NCBI GenBank assembly: GCA_963702205.1 | Contig: OY969724.1 | Coordinates: 1,760,001 to 1,824,000, forward strand | Length of the DNA: 64,000 bases | Source: an uncultured candidate division Zixibacteria bacterium | Lineage (GTDB): Bacteria > Zixibacteria > MSB-5A5 > GN15 > PGXB01 | Reading direction: 5' to 3' | Part shown: piece by piece, positions 48,900 through 58,013 of the stretch | How the letters are laid out: every line of letters starts with the position of its first letter | Numbering within the stretch: the first letter of the stretch is position 1 | The notes under the pieces: generated by a model | The model's input: the letters and a program-made list of their open reading frames with translations, nothing else | Told to the model about the DNA's origin: nothing | The model's database searches: none | Program-made: the position numbers and the translations under genes

Positions 48900-49816
48900 T
48901 CCTCTTTAAGTCGGTATGGTTTAAAAAACCTTAGTCCGGCTTTTTCGATAGAGTCGAGATATTCCTCGTTGGCCAGCGCCATTTCGTCGGCCACATAGTG
49001 CAGCCCGAAATAGCGAAGGGCGAAATTAATAAACCCCTGCTTTTTAATCTTTCTGATGCACTCATCGGCGGCTTTGCTTCCCTGAACACGTCGGACAACG
49101 TTGTGTATTTGTTCCAGACGCTCATCGGTGATTTCAGGTTTTACCGGATATTTCACACTGAATGCTTCCAACAGCTTTTGATCGTCGGGCATTTTGTATT
49201 TATCATTATGCACGATTATATCGAGTCCAAGTTTTTTTCTCGGTTCCGGGCGGTGTTTGGGATAGCCCAGAGAAAGCAGGACGACCGGAAGGACTCCCTC
49301 GGGGAGATCAAACATCTTGCGCGTTTCATCTATAAAATCGAAAATAGTGCCGATATAAACCGATCCCAGTCCAAGAGCATCGACGGCGGTACAAATGTTC
49401 TGGGCGGCGATGACGACGTCCTGAAATCCTATCCAGAAGTGAATAAACGAATCCGGGGCCGTGTATGGGGCGCTTTCGAGTTCGGCCCAGCGGCCCAGCC
49501 GGTGCCAGTCGAGACAGAACAATAAGTTAACCGGCGCTTCGCCGATAAATTCCTGTCCGCACATTTTACCCAGCTTTTTGCGGACGGCGTCGTCACGGAT
49601 TTTGATTATCGAGTATGGCTGAAGATTTCCGCCGGTCGGGGCGTGTATGCCGGCTGTGAGGATGGCATTAAGGACGTCATCGGGGACGTCCCTGGCTTCG
49701 AAACTCCGGCAACTGGCGCGCTCGTAGAGCAGTCTTATAGTCTCGTTTTCGTGGTGATCGCCTTTGGGCTCCGCCGGGCCGTGGTGGCAGGGCAGGTCTT
49801 TCTCTTCGTCGCTCAT
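48896..49816 (-). CDS. Nitroreductase family flavin oxidoreductase (NfsA/NfrA-like)
   Basis: RASCRSF, APTGGNLQPYSII, ALGLGSVYIG, LSLGYP. Confidence 0.85.
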   Translation of the reverse strand: MSDEEKDLPCHHGPAEPKGDHHENETIRLLYERASCRSFEARDVPDDVLNAILTAGIHAPTGGNLQPYSIIKIRDDAVRKKLGKMCGQEFIGEAPVNLLFCLDWHRLGRWAELESAPYTAPDSFIHFWIGFQDVVIAAQNICTAVDALGLGSVYIGTIFDFIDETRKMFDLPEGVLPVVLLSLGYPKHRPEPRKKLGLDIIVHNDKYKMPDDQKLLEAFSVKYPVKPEITDERLEQIHNVVRRVQGSKAADECIRKIKKQGFINFALRYFGLHYVADEMALANEEYLDSIEKAGLRFFKPYRLKED

Positions 49817-49832
49817 ATAAGTCCTCCTATAT

Positions 49833-51074
49833 TTAGAACGGCCAGTCGATATACGGTGCCGGGGTTTTTATGAGATTATCGAGTCTGGTTATCAATCCGG
49901 CCGGTGCCGAAAAAGTGTCGGTCGCTGTAAGGGCCGTCGCGCTTCGCAGACCCAGCCACAGCCGCGAAAAAGCATTAACCGTGGTCCTGATCTTCGGCAG
50001 CCCTTTTGTTAGACCTTTCTTAGCCGATGACTTCGATCCCAGGACAACCGTATAGTCGCCGGAAATCCCGCGCCATTTGAAACCGCTGTCGAGATATTTT
50101 TTTATCGGATCGTGCAGTTCTAAATTGAACTTGACATCGTTGCCGTCGAAATGCGTCTTTTTCAGGCACCCGGCCAGATCACAAATCCTGATTTGCCACC
50201 AGGCGATAGCCGAATTGCGGTTTTCTTCCTCGCCTTTGTACGTCATATTACGGTGGCGGATAGGCCGGGTCAGAAGGTCCTGAAACTGGATGTCGGGCGG
50301 CTCGATCATTCTCATCGTTACGATTTGCTCCCCGAAACTTTTCACGAGAGCCATCAGTTCGCGGAATTGCTCGAAATTCTGGTAGGCGATGCACATGATA
50401 AAGAACGGTCCGCGCTCTTTGCCGCGACCGGAGATCCAGATAAAATGGGTCAGGTTGCCTTTGGCGTCGGTATAGCCCAGGCCGAAAGCGTTTTTATCCT
50501 TGATCATCTCCCAGCGGGTGCTTTCGGGAATGTGCATGTTTAAAGAACCGTGCCGCCGCCGACGGTTAAGCCGTGCTTTGTGCATTCGTTTCCAGTCTTT
50601 ATGGCCCAGTCTTATCGGGATGCGCGGCTTGACGGTGACGTTCAGCGATGAAGGGGCAAAGAACTGGATGTGATCGTACACGCCAGTACCGAAACCGAGC
50701 TTGTCATAATACCCCTGCTCGAACATCCCCAGCCCGGCCACCAAAGCTCCATCGCGAACGTCTTCGGAAATTTTGGCGGCAGTCAGGCCCGCCGCCAGCT
50801 TCTGTTTGCGGGCCAAAAGCGACGTGGTCACCCCGGCGATAGCTGAAAATTTCAGTTCTTCGTCGAAATGACGGATGTCCCCGAAATAACTGGCCACCAG
50901 ACACTCGGGCCAACCATCGACGTCGGCCACAATCGTCCGGGCCTTTTCTATGAGAACGTCCATCGGGTCCGGGTAGCCCTGTTGTATCCAGCCACAATCG
51001 TACCATATCTGATGCACGGCTTCTTTGTCTTTCCTGGGGTTGTACTTTCTATACTGCATGTTTATATTCCTCAC
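49833..51074 (-). CDS. GNAT acetyltransferase, Eis-like (with an SCP2-like C-terminus)
   Basis: IAGVTTSLLARKQKLA acetyl-CoA motif, GYYDKLGF, RICDLAGCL, AFSRLWLG; about 410 aa. Confidence 0.7.
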   Translation of the reverse strand: MRNINMQYRKYNPRKDKEAVHQIWYDCGWIQQGYPDPMDVLIEKARTIVADVDGWPECLVASYFGDIRHFDEELKFSAIAGVTTSLLARKQKLAAGLTAAKISEDVRDGALVAGLGMFEQGYYDKLGFGTGVYDHIQFFAPSSLNVTVKPRIPIRLGHKDWKRMHKARLNRRRRHGSLNMHIPESTRWEMIKDKNAFGLGYTDAKGNLTHFIWISGRGKERGPFFIMCIAYQNFEQFRELMALVKSFGEQIVTMRMIEPPDIQFQDLLTRPIRHRNMTYKGEEENRNSAIAWWQIRICDLAGCLKKTHFDGNDVKFNLELHDPIKKYLDSGFKWRGISGDYTVVLGSKSSAKKGLTKGLPKIRTTVNAFSRLWLGLRSATALTATDTFSAPAGLITRLDNLIKTPAPYIDWPF

Positions 51075-51117
51075 GATTGATGGATGCCGACAGTCCTTTT
51101 ATAAGACCAAAACGGCG

Positions 51118-52227
51118 TTACAGCAATCCTTTTTTTCTCATTTCTTTCATCTGTTTATGGTACTGTGTTATTCTTTTCTGCCATTCGCGCTCTGATTTAC
51201 GGCGCTCCTTTTCGTTTTTACGCAGGTTAAGGTGTTTTATTTCCCGCTGAAGTTTCAAATAGTTCCTGAAGCGATCTTCATCCAGACTTCCGTCTTCAAT
51301 AGCCGCGGTTATGGCGCAGCCCGGTTCACCGTTGTGACTGCAGTCGGCAAAACGGCACTGCTTTTCAATCGCGGCAATATCTTCGAACGTCCGCGAGATG
51401 TCATCGCTTTCGCCCCAGGCCTGGATTTCCCGAAGGCCCGGTGTGTCGATAACCATGCCGCCATTGGGCAATATGATAAGTTCGCGATGAGTCGTGGTGT
51501 GCCAACCACGACTGTCATCATCGCGGACGGCGCTGGTTTTAAGGCGTTCTTCACCCAGCAGACGATTGATGATAGTTGACTTGCCGACCCCCGATGAACC
51601 GAGAAAGGCAACCGTCCGACCGGGCAGGGCGTATTGCTTGAATACGTCCAGGCTTTCATCTTCGGCGGCGCTGACCGCATGAACCGGCATCCCGCAGGCG
51701 ATTCGTTCGACGTCGGTCGTCACTTGCCCGATGTCATCACGGAGATCGGCCTTATTGAGCAGTATCACCGGCGATGCCCCGCTGTCGTAAGCAACCGAGA
51801 CATAGCGCTCGATCCTGCGGAGGTTGTAATTTTGATCGAGCCCGGTGACCAGGAAAACCGTATCGACATTGGCCGCCAACCCCTGCCGTTCGATTTTGCC
51901 GTGACCGTACTGCGGTCCCCCAGCCAAAACCGCTTTTCTCGAAAAGAAGCTCCGTCGCGGCAGGAGGTGCTGAATGATACCCTTGTTTTCACTTTCGATA
52001 TATACGACCGCCACCCAATCGCCGACCGTCGGCGTATCGGCCATGCTGTTTGCGTGGAAAAGAAACTTGCCCGACAGTTCCGCAGGGTATTCGCCGTCGG
52101 TGCCTATTAAATGATAGAGGTTGCGATGCTGGAGGGCCACCCGCGCCGGGCGAAAATTAACATGGCCATCGAGCGTATTAAATTGATCGTCGAAATATTT
52201 ATTCCAACCCAAATGGTTAATATTCAT
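51118..52227 (-). CDS. rsgA: Ribosome small subunit-dependent GTPase A
   Basis: PTVGDWV, AANVD, LNKADL, GSSGVGKST, HTTT, DTPG, CRFADCSHNGEPGC. Start placed at ATG 52227 after GGAG. Confidence 0.93.
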   Translation of the reverse strand: MNINHLGWNKYFDDQFNTLDGHVNFRPARVALQHRNLYHLIGTDGEYPAELSGKFLFHANSMADTPTVGDWVAVVYIESENKGIIQHLLPRRSFFSRKAVLAGGPQYGHGKIERQGLAANVDTVFLVTGLDQNYNLRRIERYVSVAYDSGASPVILLNKADLRDDIGQVTTDVERIACGMPVHAVSAAEDESLDVFKQYALPGRTVAFLGSSGVGKSTIINRLLGEERLKTSAVRDDDSRGWHTTTHRELIILPNGGMVIDTPGLREIQAWGESDDISRTFEDIAAIEKQCRFADCSHNGEPGCAITAAIEDGSLDEDRFRNYLKLQREIKHLNLRKNEKERRKSEREWQKRITQYHKQMKEMRKKGLL

Positions 52228-52317
52228 CACTTTCTCCAAGGAGATAAAAATTCCGCAATTTACCGCGGCTTGTGATTTTTGGTAGATATAGCCGCGAACG
52301 TTTTCCACGCCCGCGCC

Positions 52318-52351
52318 AAAAGAATAAATAAACCCCGCCTGATGCGGCGTT
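52318..52351 (-). terminator. Candidate attenuator terminator in the rsgA leader
   Basis: Minus strand AAC(G)CCGC-atcag-GCGG(G)GTT followed by TATTTATTCTTTT. Confidence 0.5.
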
Positions 52352-52411
52352 CAATTTCTAAAGGATACGATTTTGCCGGAAGTCGCAATGACTGCCGGGG
52401 GCGTGGCACTT

Positions 52412-52441
52412 TTAGATTATTTCAACCGTGCCATCAGTCAT
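52412..52441 (-). CDS. Candidate leader peptide MTDGTVEII upstream of rsgA
   Basis: GGAGG RBS 7 nt before the ATG. The 9-codon ORF lies inside an inverted repeat. Confidence 0.5.
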   Translation of the reverse strand: MTDGTVEII

Positions 52442-52485
52442 TAATTACCCTCCGTTTGGGGCTAAACAATTAGTATCTCAGCTAT

Positions 52486-52513
52486 ATTTTATTGGCGATT
52501 TACGAATTGTCAA
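52486..52513 (-). promoter_or_regulatory. Candidate sigma70 promoter of the rsgA leader transcript
   Basis: Minus strand TTGACA-N16-TAAAAT. Confidence 0.6.
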
Positions 52514-52553
52514 GATATTTTGTTGCAGGAAGCGGTATAAAAAGTATTGAAAT

Positions 52554-52958
52554 ATGAATACCCGGATCAAAATTATAACAATATTCATCTCACTGGCGAC
52601 AATGGCATTAATATCAGGATGCCACAAAAGCAGTCCGACCGATTCGGTCAACCCCGAAGTAACCAATGAACCGGGGAATTTTGAGTTCCTCCTGCCGGAC
52701 GTCCTCGACGCCAGCGCCACGTTGAGTTACGACTGGATCAATACTAATGCCCTGGCGGCGATCGGTCATAAGTCAAATCCTATAAATGGCACCGCTATCG
52801 TAAGAATCAAAGACGCAGGAGGAACCGAAGTTTATGTCAGCGATCTGCTTGAAAGCGGGACCGAACAAAGCGCCATCGGTGTTCCGGGGACCTGGACAAT
52901 TACTGTGACACTGGACAAATTCGATGGTACAGCCCAGTTTACAGTCAATGATATTTAG
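52554..52958 (+). CDS. Hypothetical lipoprotein
   Basis: Lipobox LISGC and a small beta-rich domain (PGTWTITV). Confidence 0.7.
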   Translation: MNTRIKIITIFISLATMALISGCHKSSPTDSVNPEVTNEPGNFEFLLPDVLDASATLSYDWINTNALAAIGHKSNPINGTAIVRIKDAGGTEVYVSDLLESGTEQSAIGVPGTWTITVTLDKFDGTAQFTVNDI

Positions 52959-52970
52959 AGAAAATCACGG

Positions 52971-53903
52971 CTATCTTAAAATCCAGAGAATGGCGATAAT
53001 AAGCAACACCAGGGCCGCCGCTGAGACAACATAACGATTCCACCAGTCCACCGGTTTTTTATCGGCAGCCGGTTCGCCTTTTTCGATTGATACCCCTTGC
53101 AGGACGGAAATGGCTTCGGCTGCGCTGTCATAGCGTTGCCCGGGCTCTTTGCTCAACAGACGGTGAGTCACGTCATCCAGTCGGTACGGCAACTCCGGAT
53201 TGACCTTCGAAATTGCGGTCGGCGTGTGCATCTTGACCAGCTCGGCCGATTCCTCGCGATTGTCGCCCTTGAACGGCGACTCTCCCGCCAACAGCTCGTA
53301 CAAAAGCACTCCGACACTGAACAGGTCGGATTTTTTATCCGGCGCAGACCTGTCGAGTACTTCGGGGGCGGTGTATTCGGGGAAACGTTGGATCGCCATT
53401 TTGCCGTTTTCCGGTTTGGGAAGGTATTCGATAAATTCATCGAAGCCGATGACTTTCGCCCGGCCATCCATGCCTATGATAATCTGAGACGGTACAACCG
53501 GTCCGTGAATGATGTCGTTTTGATGAGCAGGTTCGATGGCCTGCAAAACCTGTATTATCAATTCGGTCGCCTTATCCGGAGAAGCCTCGAAAACTGCAAG
53601 CAGGTTTTTCAGCGACTGCCCTTCGCAAAATTCCATTACGATAACCGGACAGCCCTCGAATTCAAAGACGTCGAAGATATTGACCGCGCCGGGATGATCC
53701 AGGTTCACCATATCTCGTCCCCGCGAAATGAGTGTTGCTTTTTGATCTTCCGTCAGGACGTCGGCATGGTAAATTTTAAGGGCAACTTTTCTGCGATTTT
53801 TGGTGTCATCGGCGAAATAGATATCTGATTTGCCGCCGGGATGAATCCTTTCGAGGACGACATATTCATTAACCTGTCCGCCTTTTTTGAATAGTGGAGA
53901 CAT
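52971..53903 (-). CDS. Ser/Thr kinase-like protein, probable pseudokinase, with a C-terminal TM
   Basis: VALK, YTAPE and SDLFSVG are kept. The catalytic loop reads HGPVVPSQI and the DFG position reads VIGFD. Confidence 0.75.
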   Translation of the reverse strand: MSPLFKKGGQVNEYVVLERIHPGGKSDIYFADDTKNRRKVALKIYHADVLTEDQKATLISRGRDMVNLDHPGAVNIFDVFEFEGCPVIVMEFCEGQSLKNLLAVFEASPDKATELIIQVLQAIEPAHQNDIIHGPVVPSQIIIGMDGRAKVIGFDEFIEYLPKPENGKMAIQRFPEYTAPEVLDRSAPDKKSDLFSVGVLLYELLAGESPFKGDNREESAELVKMHTPTAISKVNPELPYRLDDVTHRLLSKEPGQRYDSAAEAISVLQGVSIEKGEPAADKKPVDWWNRYVVSAAALVLLIIAILWILR

Positions 53904-53912
53904 AGATTTGAC

Positions 53913-54995
53913 CTAATTCCCGGCGCTTTCGGTTTTTAGAGCCAGCCGGGCTTCCTGATCGTGACGTTTAAGGGCCCCGACTATTTCGTCGAGTTGGCCA
54001 TCGAGGATTTCATCGAGATTGTGAACCGTCAGTTTTATGCGGTGATCGGTCACGCGAGACTGGGGAAAATTGTACGTGCGTATTTTAGCCGATCGGTCAC
54101 CGGAGCCGACCATCGCCTTTCTTTCGCTGGCGATTTCATTGTCGTGTTCCTCCTGCGCTTTGTCCAGCAGACGGGCACGCAGGACTTTCAGCGCCTTGGC
54201 CTTATTTTTGTGCTGTGATTTTTCATCCTGGCAGGTGACCACGGTGCCGGTCGGAATGTGCGTGATACGTACCGCCGAGTCGGTTGTATTGACCGACTGT
54301 CCGCCGGGGCCGGTCGAACGGTAGACGTCGATTTTGAGGTCTTCTTCTTTGATGACGATGTCGATATCCTCGGCTTCGAGAAGGACCGCCACGGTTGCCG
54401 CTGACGTGTGAATACGGCCGGACGATTCGGTCAGGGGAACGCGCTGAACCCGGTGCACGCCGGATTCGAATTTCAGAGAACCATATACATTTTCGCCGTT
54501 GACGAGGAAAATTATTTCTTTCAACCCGCCGATTCCGGTCGGATTCGACGATAATATTTCCAATTTCCAACCCTCGCGTTCGGAGTACCGGGAGTACATG
54601 CGAAACAGATCCGCGGCAAATATCGCCGCTTCTTCGCCGCCGGTTCCGGCCCTGATTTCCATAATGGCATTTCTGGCGTCGTTGGGGTCCCGGGGGCTCA
54701 AAAGCAGGTTGAATTCCTGTTCGGCCTCTTCGACCTGCGCCTCGGCGGCAGCCAGTTCTTCGCGAGCCATATCGATTAGTTCCGGGTCATCCGACGAATT
54801 CAGTATTTCCTCGGCTTCGGAGATAGAGTCCACCAGCTTTTTATACTTATGCCCGGCCTCGAGAATTTCCACGACCGCACGGCGTTCGCGGGAAATATCT
54901 TTCATCTTCGACAAATTGCTATGCATCGATGGATCGGACAGCGCTCGATCGAGTTCGCCGAGTTTCTTCTCGTATTTTTGTATTACTTCCAGCAT
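53913..54995 (-). CDS. prfA: Peptide chain release factor 1
   Basis: [14 protein letters not shown] (PxT motif), [16 protein letters not shown]. Confidence 0.97.
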   Translation of the reverse strand: MLEVIQKYEKKLGELDRALSDPSMHSNLSKMKDISRERRAVVEILEAGHKYKKLVDSISEAEEILNSSDDPELIDMAREELAAAEAQVEEAEQEFNLLLSPRDPNDARNAIMEIRAGTGGEEAAIFAADLFRMYSRYSEREGWKLEILSSNPTGIGGLKEIIFLVNGENVYGSLKFESGVHRVQRVPLTESSGRIHTSAATVAVLLEAEDIDIVIKEEDLKIDVYRSTGPGGQSVNTTDSAVRITHIPTGTVVTCQDEKSQHKNKAKALKVLRARLLDKAQEEHDNEIASERKAMVGSGDRSAKIRTYNFPQSRVTDHRIKLTVHNLDEILDGQLDEIVGALKRHDQEARLALKTESAGN

Positions 54996-55046
54996 GGCCC
55001 TACACTTTCAATTGATAAAGGACAGGATATTATAGATAAGACTGCG

Positions 55047-56012
55047 CTAAAGGCAAGTCTTTTTGACGGTCAGGAGGGATTCGGTATATCCGAGCGCCGA
55101 TTCCAGGGCGACTATGGCGACTTCCATCTGATCCGGCGACGGCTCGCTGGTAGTGATGCGCTGAAGCCACAAGCCCGGCTGAATCAGAAAGCGCGTGATC
55201 GGGTTGTGGCGCGTCTTGCCCGAGAGTTTGAGCAGTTCGTACGACCCACCCGCGACCAGAGGCAGTAGTGAAAAGTGCGTCGCGAAACGCTGCAACAGAG
55301 TGGGGGGAGCACCTGCAATCGCGGCGAAAATCGAATCGGATGCAGCGTAAATAAAAATGGCCGACAACACCACGATCAGAATGAAACTTGTCCCGCAGCG
55401 GGGGTGAAATCTGGTGTACCGGCCGACGTTATCGGTCGTCAGTTCATTGCCGTTTTCATAGGCAAAAATCGATTTATGTTCGGCACCGTGATATTGAAAA
55501 ACTCTTTTGAATTCTCCGAACAGCGAAATAAACCACATATAGCCAAGAAAAATAACGACGCGAATGCCGCCGGCAACAAGATTAAAAGCGAGGGCGTCTT
55601 TCTTGGCCCCGATAAACTCGGCGATGGCCAGCGGAAGAAAAAAGAACAGAGCAATACCGACTGCCAGAGCGAAAACTACGGTCAGAATCAGCATAAACCC
55701 CGAAGACTTTTTCTCCTTCGGGATGTATTCTTTGCCACTTTCGAGAGCTTCCTTGCGTTCGATTTCTTTGATGGAAATATCGGCCGAGAAATTGAGCGTT
55801 TTGATGCCGATAATCATCATTTCGAAGAAAGTAATGATGCCTCTCAAAATCGGCAGTCCCAGGACTTTATGCCGTCGGCTGAAAGAGACGTAGTCTTCGG
55901 TTTTGACGAGAATTTCACCGGAAGGGATTCTTACCGCGGTCGAAATACGATCCCTGGACCGCATCATGACACCCTCAATAACCGCCTGTCCGCCGACCGA
56001 CATATCGGGCAT
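55047..56012 (-). CDS. DUF1385 family membrane protein
   Basis: VGGQAVIEGVMMR, YHGAEHK, HPRCGTSF; sits in the usual rpmE-DUF1385-prfA context. Confidence 0.9.
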   Translation of the reverse strand: MPDMSVGGQAVIEGVMMRSRDRISTAVRIPSGEILVKTEDYVSFSRRHKVLGLPILRGIITFFEMMIIGIKTLNFSADISIKEIERKEALESGKEYIPKEKKSSGFMLILTVVFALAVGIALFFFLPLAIAEFIGAKKDALAFNLVAGGIRVVIFLGYMWFISLFGEFKRVFQYHGAEHKSIFAYENGNELTTDNVGRYTRFHPRCGTSFILIVVLSAIFIYAASDSIFAAIAGAPPTLLQRFATHFSLLPLVAGGSYELLKLSGKTRHNPITRFLIQPGLWLQRITTSEPSPDQMEVAIVALESALGYTESLLTVKKTCL

Positions 56013-56109
56013 ATCTTATTCCTTTCCTGACTGCTAATAACAAGGACGATTCATATTAACGCTTATAATATACGAATCGTCCTGTAATTTTGGGGAATAA
56101 TTTGATAAG

Positions 56110-56337
56110 CTACGATGCTTTTTTCTTGTCGTCTTTTTTGTCGAGACCGTACTTCCGACGGAAACGATCCACGCGACCGGCCGTGTCAATAAGCTTCTGG
56201 CGACCGGTAAAAAACGGATGGCAGCTGGAGCAAATTTCCACACGGATGTCCTTCACGGTCGAGCGAGTCTCGATTTTATTCCCGCAAGCGCACGAGATCG
56301 TTGTCTCGTAATATTCGGGATGAATTTTCTTTTTCAC
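56110..56337 (-). CDS. rpmE: 50S ribosomal protein L31 (Zn-binding form)
   Basis: [25 protein letters not shown]. Confidence 0.96.
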   Translation of the reverse strand: MKKKIHPEYYETTISCACGNKIETRSTVKDIRVEICSSCHPFFTGRQKLIDTAGRVDRFRRKYGLDKKDDKKKAS

Positions 56338-56449
56338 TTTTTCCTCAAACCTTTCAAAGCCTTAAACTAAGGAAGTCAAATATAGTATATATCATTAAAA
56401 AGGCAAGCAGAATGTATAAGTTCCCGGCCGTTTATAATTTCCGGTGCTT

Positions 56450-57274
56450 TTATGACTGCGACGCGAAGATAAATATGCGGCTATCCGAGCGATCTGTCAG
56501 AGGCTCACGATCGTAAGACCCAAAGCTTTCAACAAGTTCCAGTCCCGCATGCCGGGCGAATTCGAGTACCTCCCCGGCCGAATACTCTTTTTCGCTGACA
56601 CTGAATAAGTGGCCCTCACGGGTGACCGTGTCGACGGCAAAATCGCGGACCAGCTTGACGTTTTCTTTCTCGAAATAGTACTGCTCGCGGTGGACGACTG
56701 AGGGATTCTCATGGTAGAGTGCTTTTTTTTCGCTGTACCACTGGACATAGCTGGCTTTATCCTCGTTCGAGAACTTCCAGCCGTGGACGATAAATAGCCC
56801 ACTGTCAACCAGCGCCCTGGCTGACTTATCGAAAATGGCCTGAGCTTGTTCGGGATTGCAATGGCCGATCTGCCCGCAGATTAAGAAAGCGAGGTCGAAC
56901 GTTTTTTGGTATTCGAGCTGAAGAATGTCTTTTTTGATAAATTCAATATCCAGCCCGGCCTTTTGGGCCCGAATCCGGGCCAGTTCAAGAGGATACTGGC
57001 CGATTTCGATTCCGGTCACGCGGTAACCCATACGGGCCAGAGCCAGGGCATGACGGCCCCCGCCGCAGGCGAGGTCGAGCACGCGCGCGCTGGGCTTGAG
57101 ATACCCGGCGATAAATTCAACTTCCTTCTCGGTCGGGATTCCCCAATAATTGACAACTTCGAAAAAGCGCCTGGAAAACCGGTCATCGCTCCAGGGAAGC
57201 GACATTTCGAACGGCGTCGGTTTTTCGAGAAGAATGTCTAACCCATCGGATTCGTTTTTATCCTTCACCTTCAT
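56450..57274 (-). CDS. Class I SAM-dependent methyltransferase
   Basis: VLDLACGGGRHA, FDLA. Start uncertain; placed at ATG 57274. Confidence 0.82.
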   Translation of the reverse strand: MKVKDKNESDGLDILLEKPTPFEMSLPWSDDRFSRRFFEVVNYWGIPTEKEVEFIAGYLKPSARVLDLACGGGRHALALARMGYRVTGIEIGQYPLELARIRAQKAGLDIEFIKKDILQLEYQKTFDLAFLICGQIGHCNPEQAQAIFDKSARALVDSGLFIVHGWKFSNEDKASYVQWYSEKKALYHENPSVVHREQYYFEKENVKLVRDFAVDTVTREGHLFSVSEKEYSAGEVLEFARHAGLELVESFGSYDREPLTDRSDSRIFIFASQS

Positions 57275-57422
57275 CACTTTTAGTTCTATCGGAGGCGGCT
57301 GAAAATTAGTACATACAATCGGGCCAAAACTATAGCCCGATGTCCGTTTTTTGATCAAAAGTTGCACAAGCCGGCAAGGTTTACAGGCTTAGTCGTAATA
57401 TGTTGGTATATATTGTGTTGTG

Positions 57423-58013
57423 TTATTCGACGGAATAGGGTTGGGACAACAACTGACCCAGCTTTATGGCCTTTTCGAGGGTTTTTGAGTCATTCTTTGC
57501 TGCGCCCGGCGAAAACCCGGAACCGGAGTAGGCGATATGTCCCACATTTTCTATATGGACCCATTTGAAGAAGCCCGCAATGACGGTCCGGGCGCACTCG
57601 AATTTTTGGCGTTCGCTGCCGACCAGCACGATCGCCCCCCGGCGTTTTGGAATTGGCAGGCGTTTGAATTCGTGGGTTTCGAAATCGACCGGTCTGAGGC
57701 AGTTGCAGCGGTCGATAAACAGCTTGGCCTGGGCCGAAACCGTGTCGAAATAAACCGGCGTCCCGAACAGGACGATATCACAATTTACAAGTTGGTCATA
57801 GACGGGATAAATAGCATCGTGATAGACACACCAATCCGGCTCGGGACTGAACCCGCACGACTGGCACGGCGTAATGACAAAATCATTGAGCCGCACAACC
57901 GTGTTTTCCACCGATTCGGAAACTGCTGCTGCGATACTCCCGGCGATTTTGCCCAGCAGAAAGGCGGTGGAGCCGTCGGTTATGGGGCTGGCATTAAGTG
58001 TCAGAATTTTCAT
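57423..58013 (-). CDS. Flavodoxin-like / NADPH-dependent FMN reductase family (iron-sulfur flavoprotein-like)
   Basis: LNASP...GST, PCQSC...C, GTPVYF, KLFIDR. Confidence 0.82.
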   Translation of the reverse strand: MKILTLNASPITDGSTAFLLGKIAGSIAAAVSESVENTVVRLNDFVITPCQSCGFSPEPDWCVYHDAIYPVYDQLVNCDIVLFGTPVYFDTVSAQAKLFIDRCNCLRPVDFETHEFKRLPIPKRRGAIVLVGSERQKFECARTVIAGFFKWVHIENVGHIAYSGSGFSPGAAKNDSKTLEKAIKLGQLLSQPYSVE

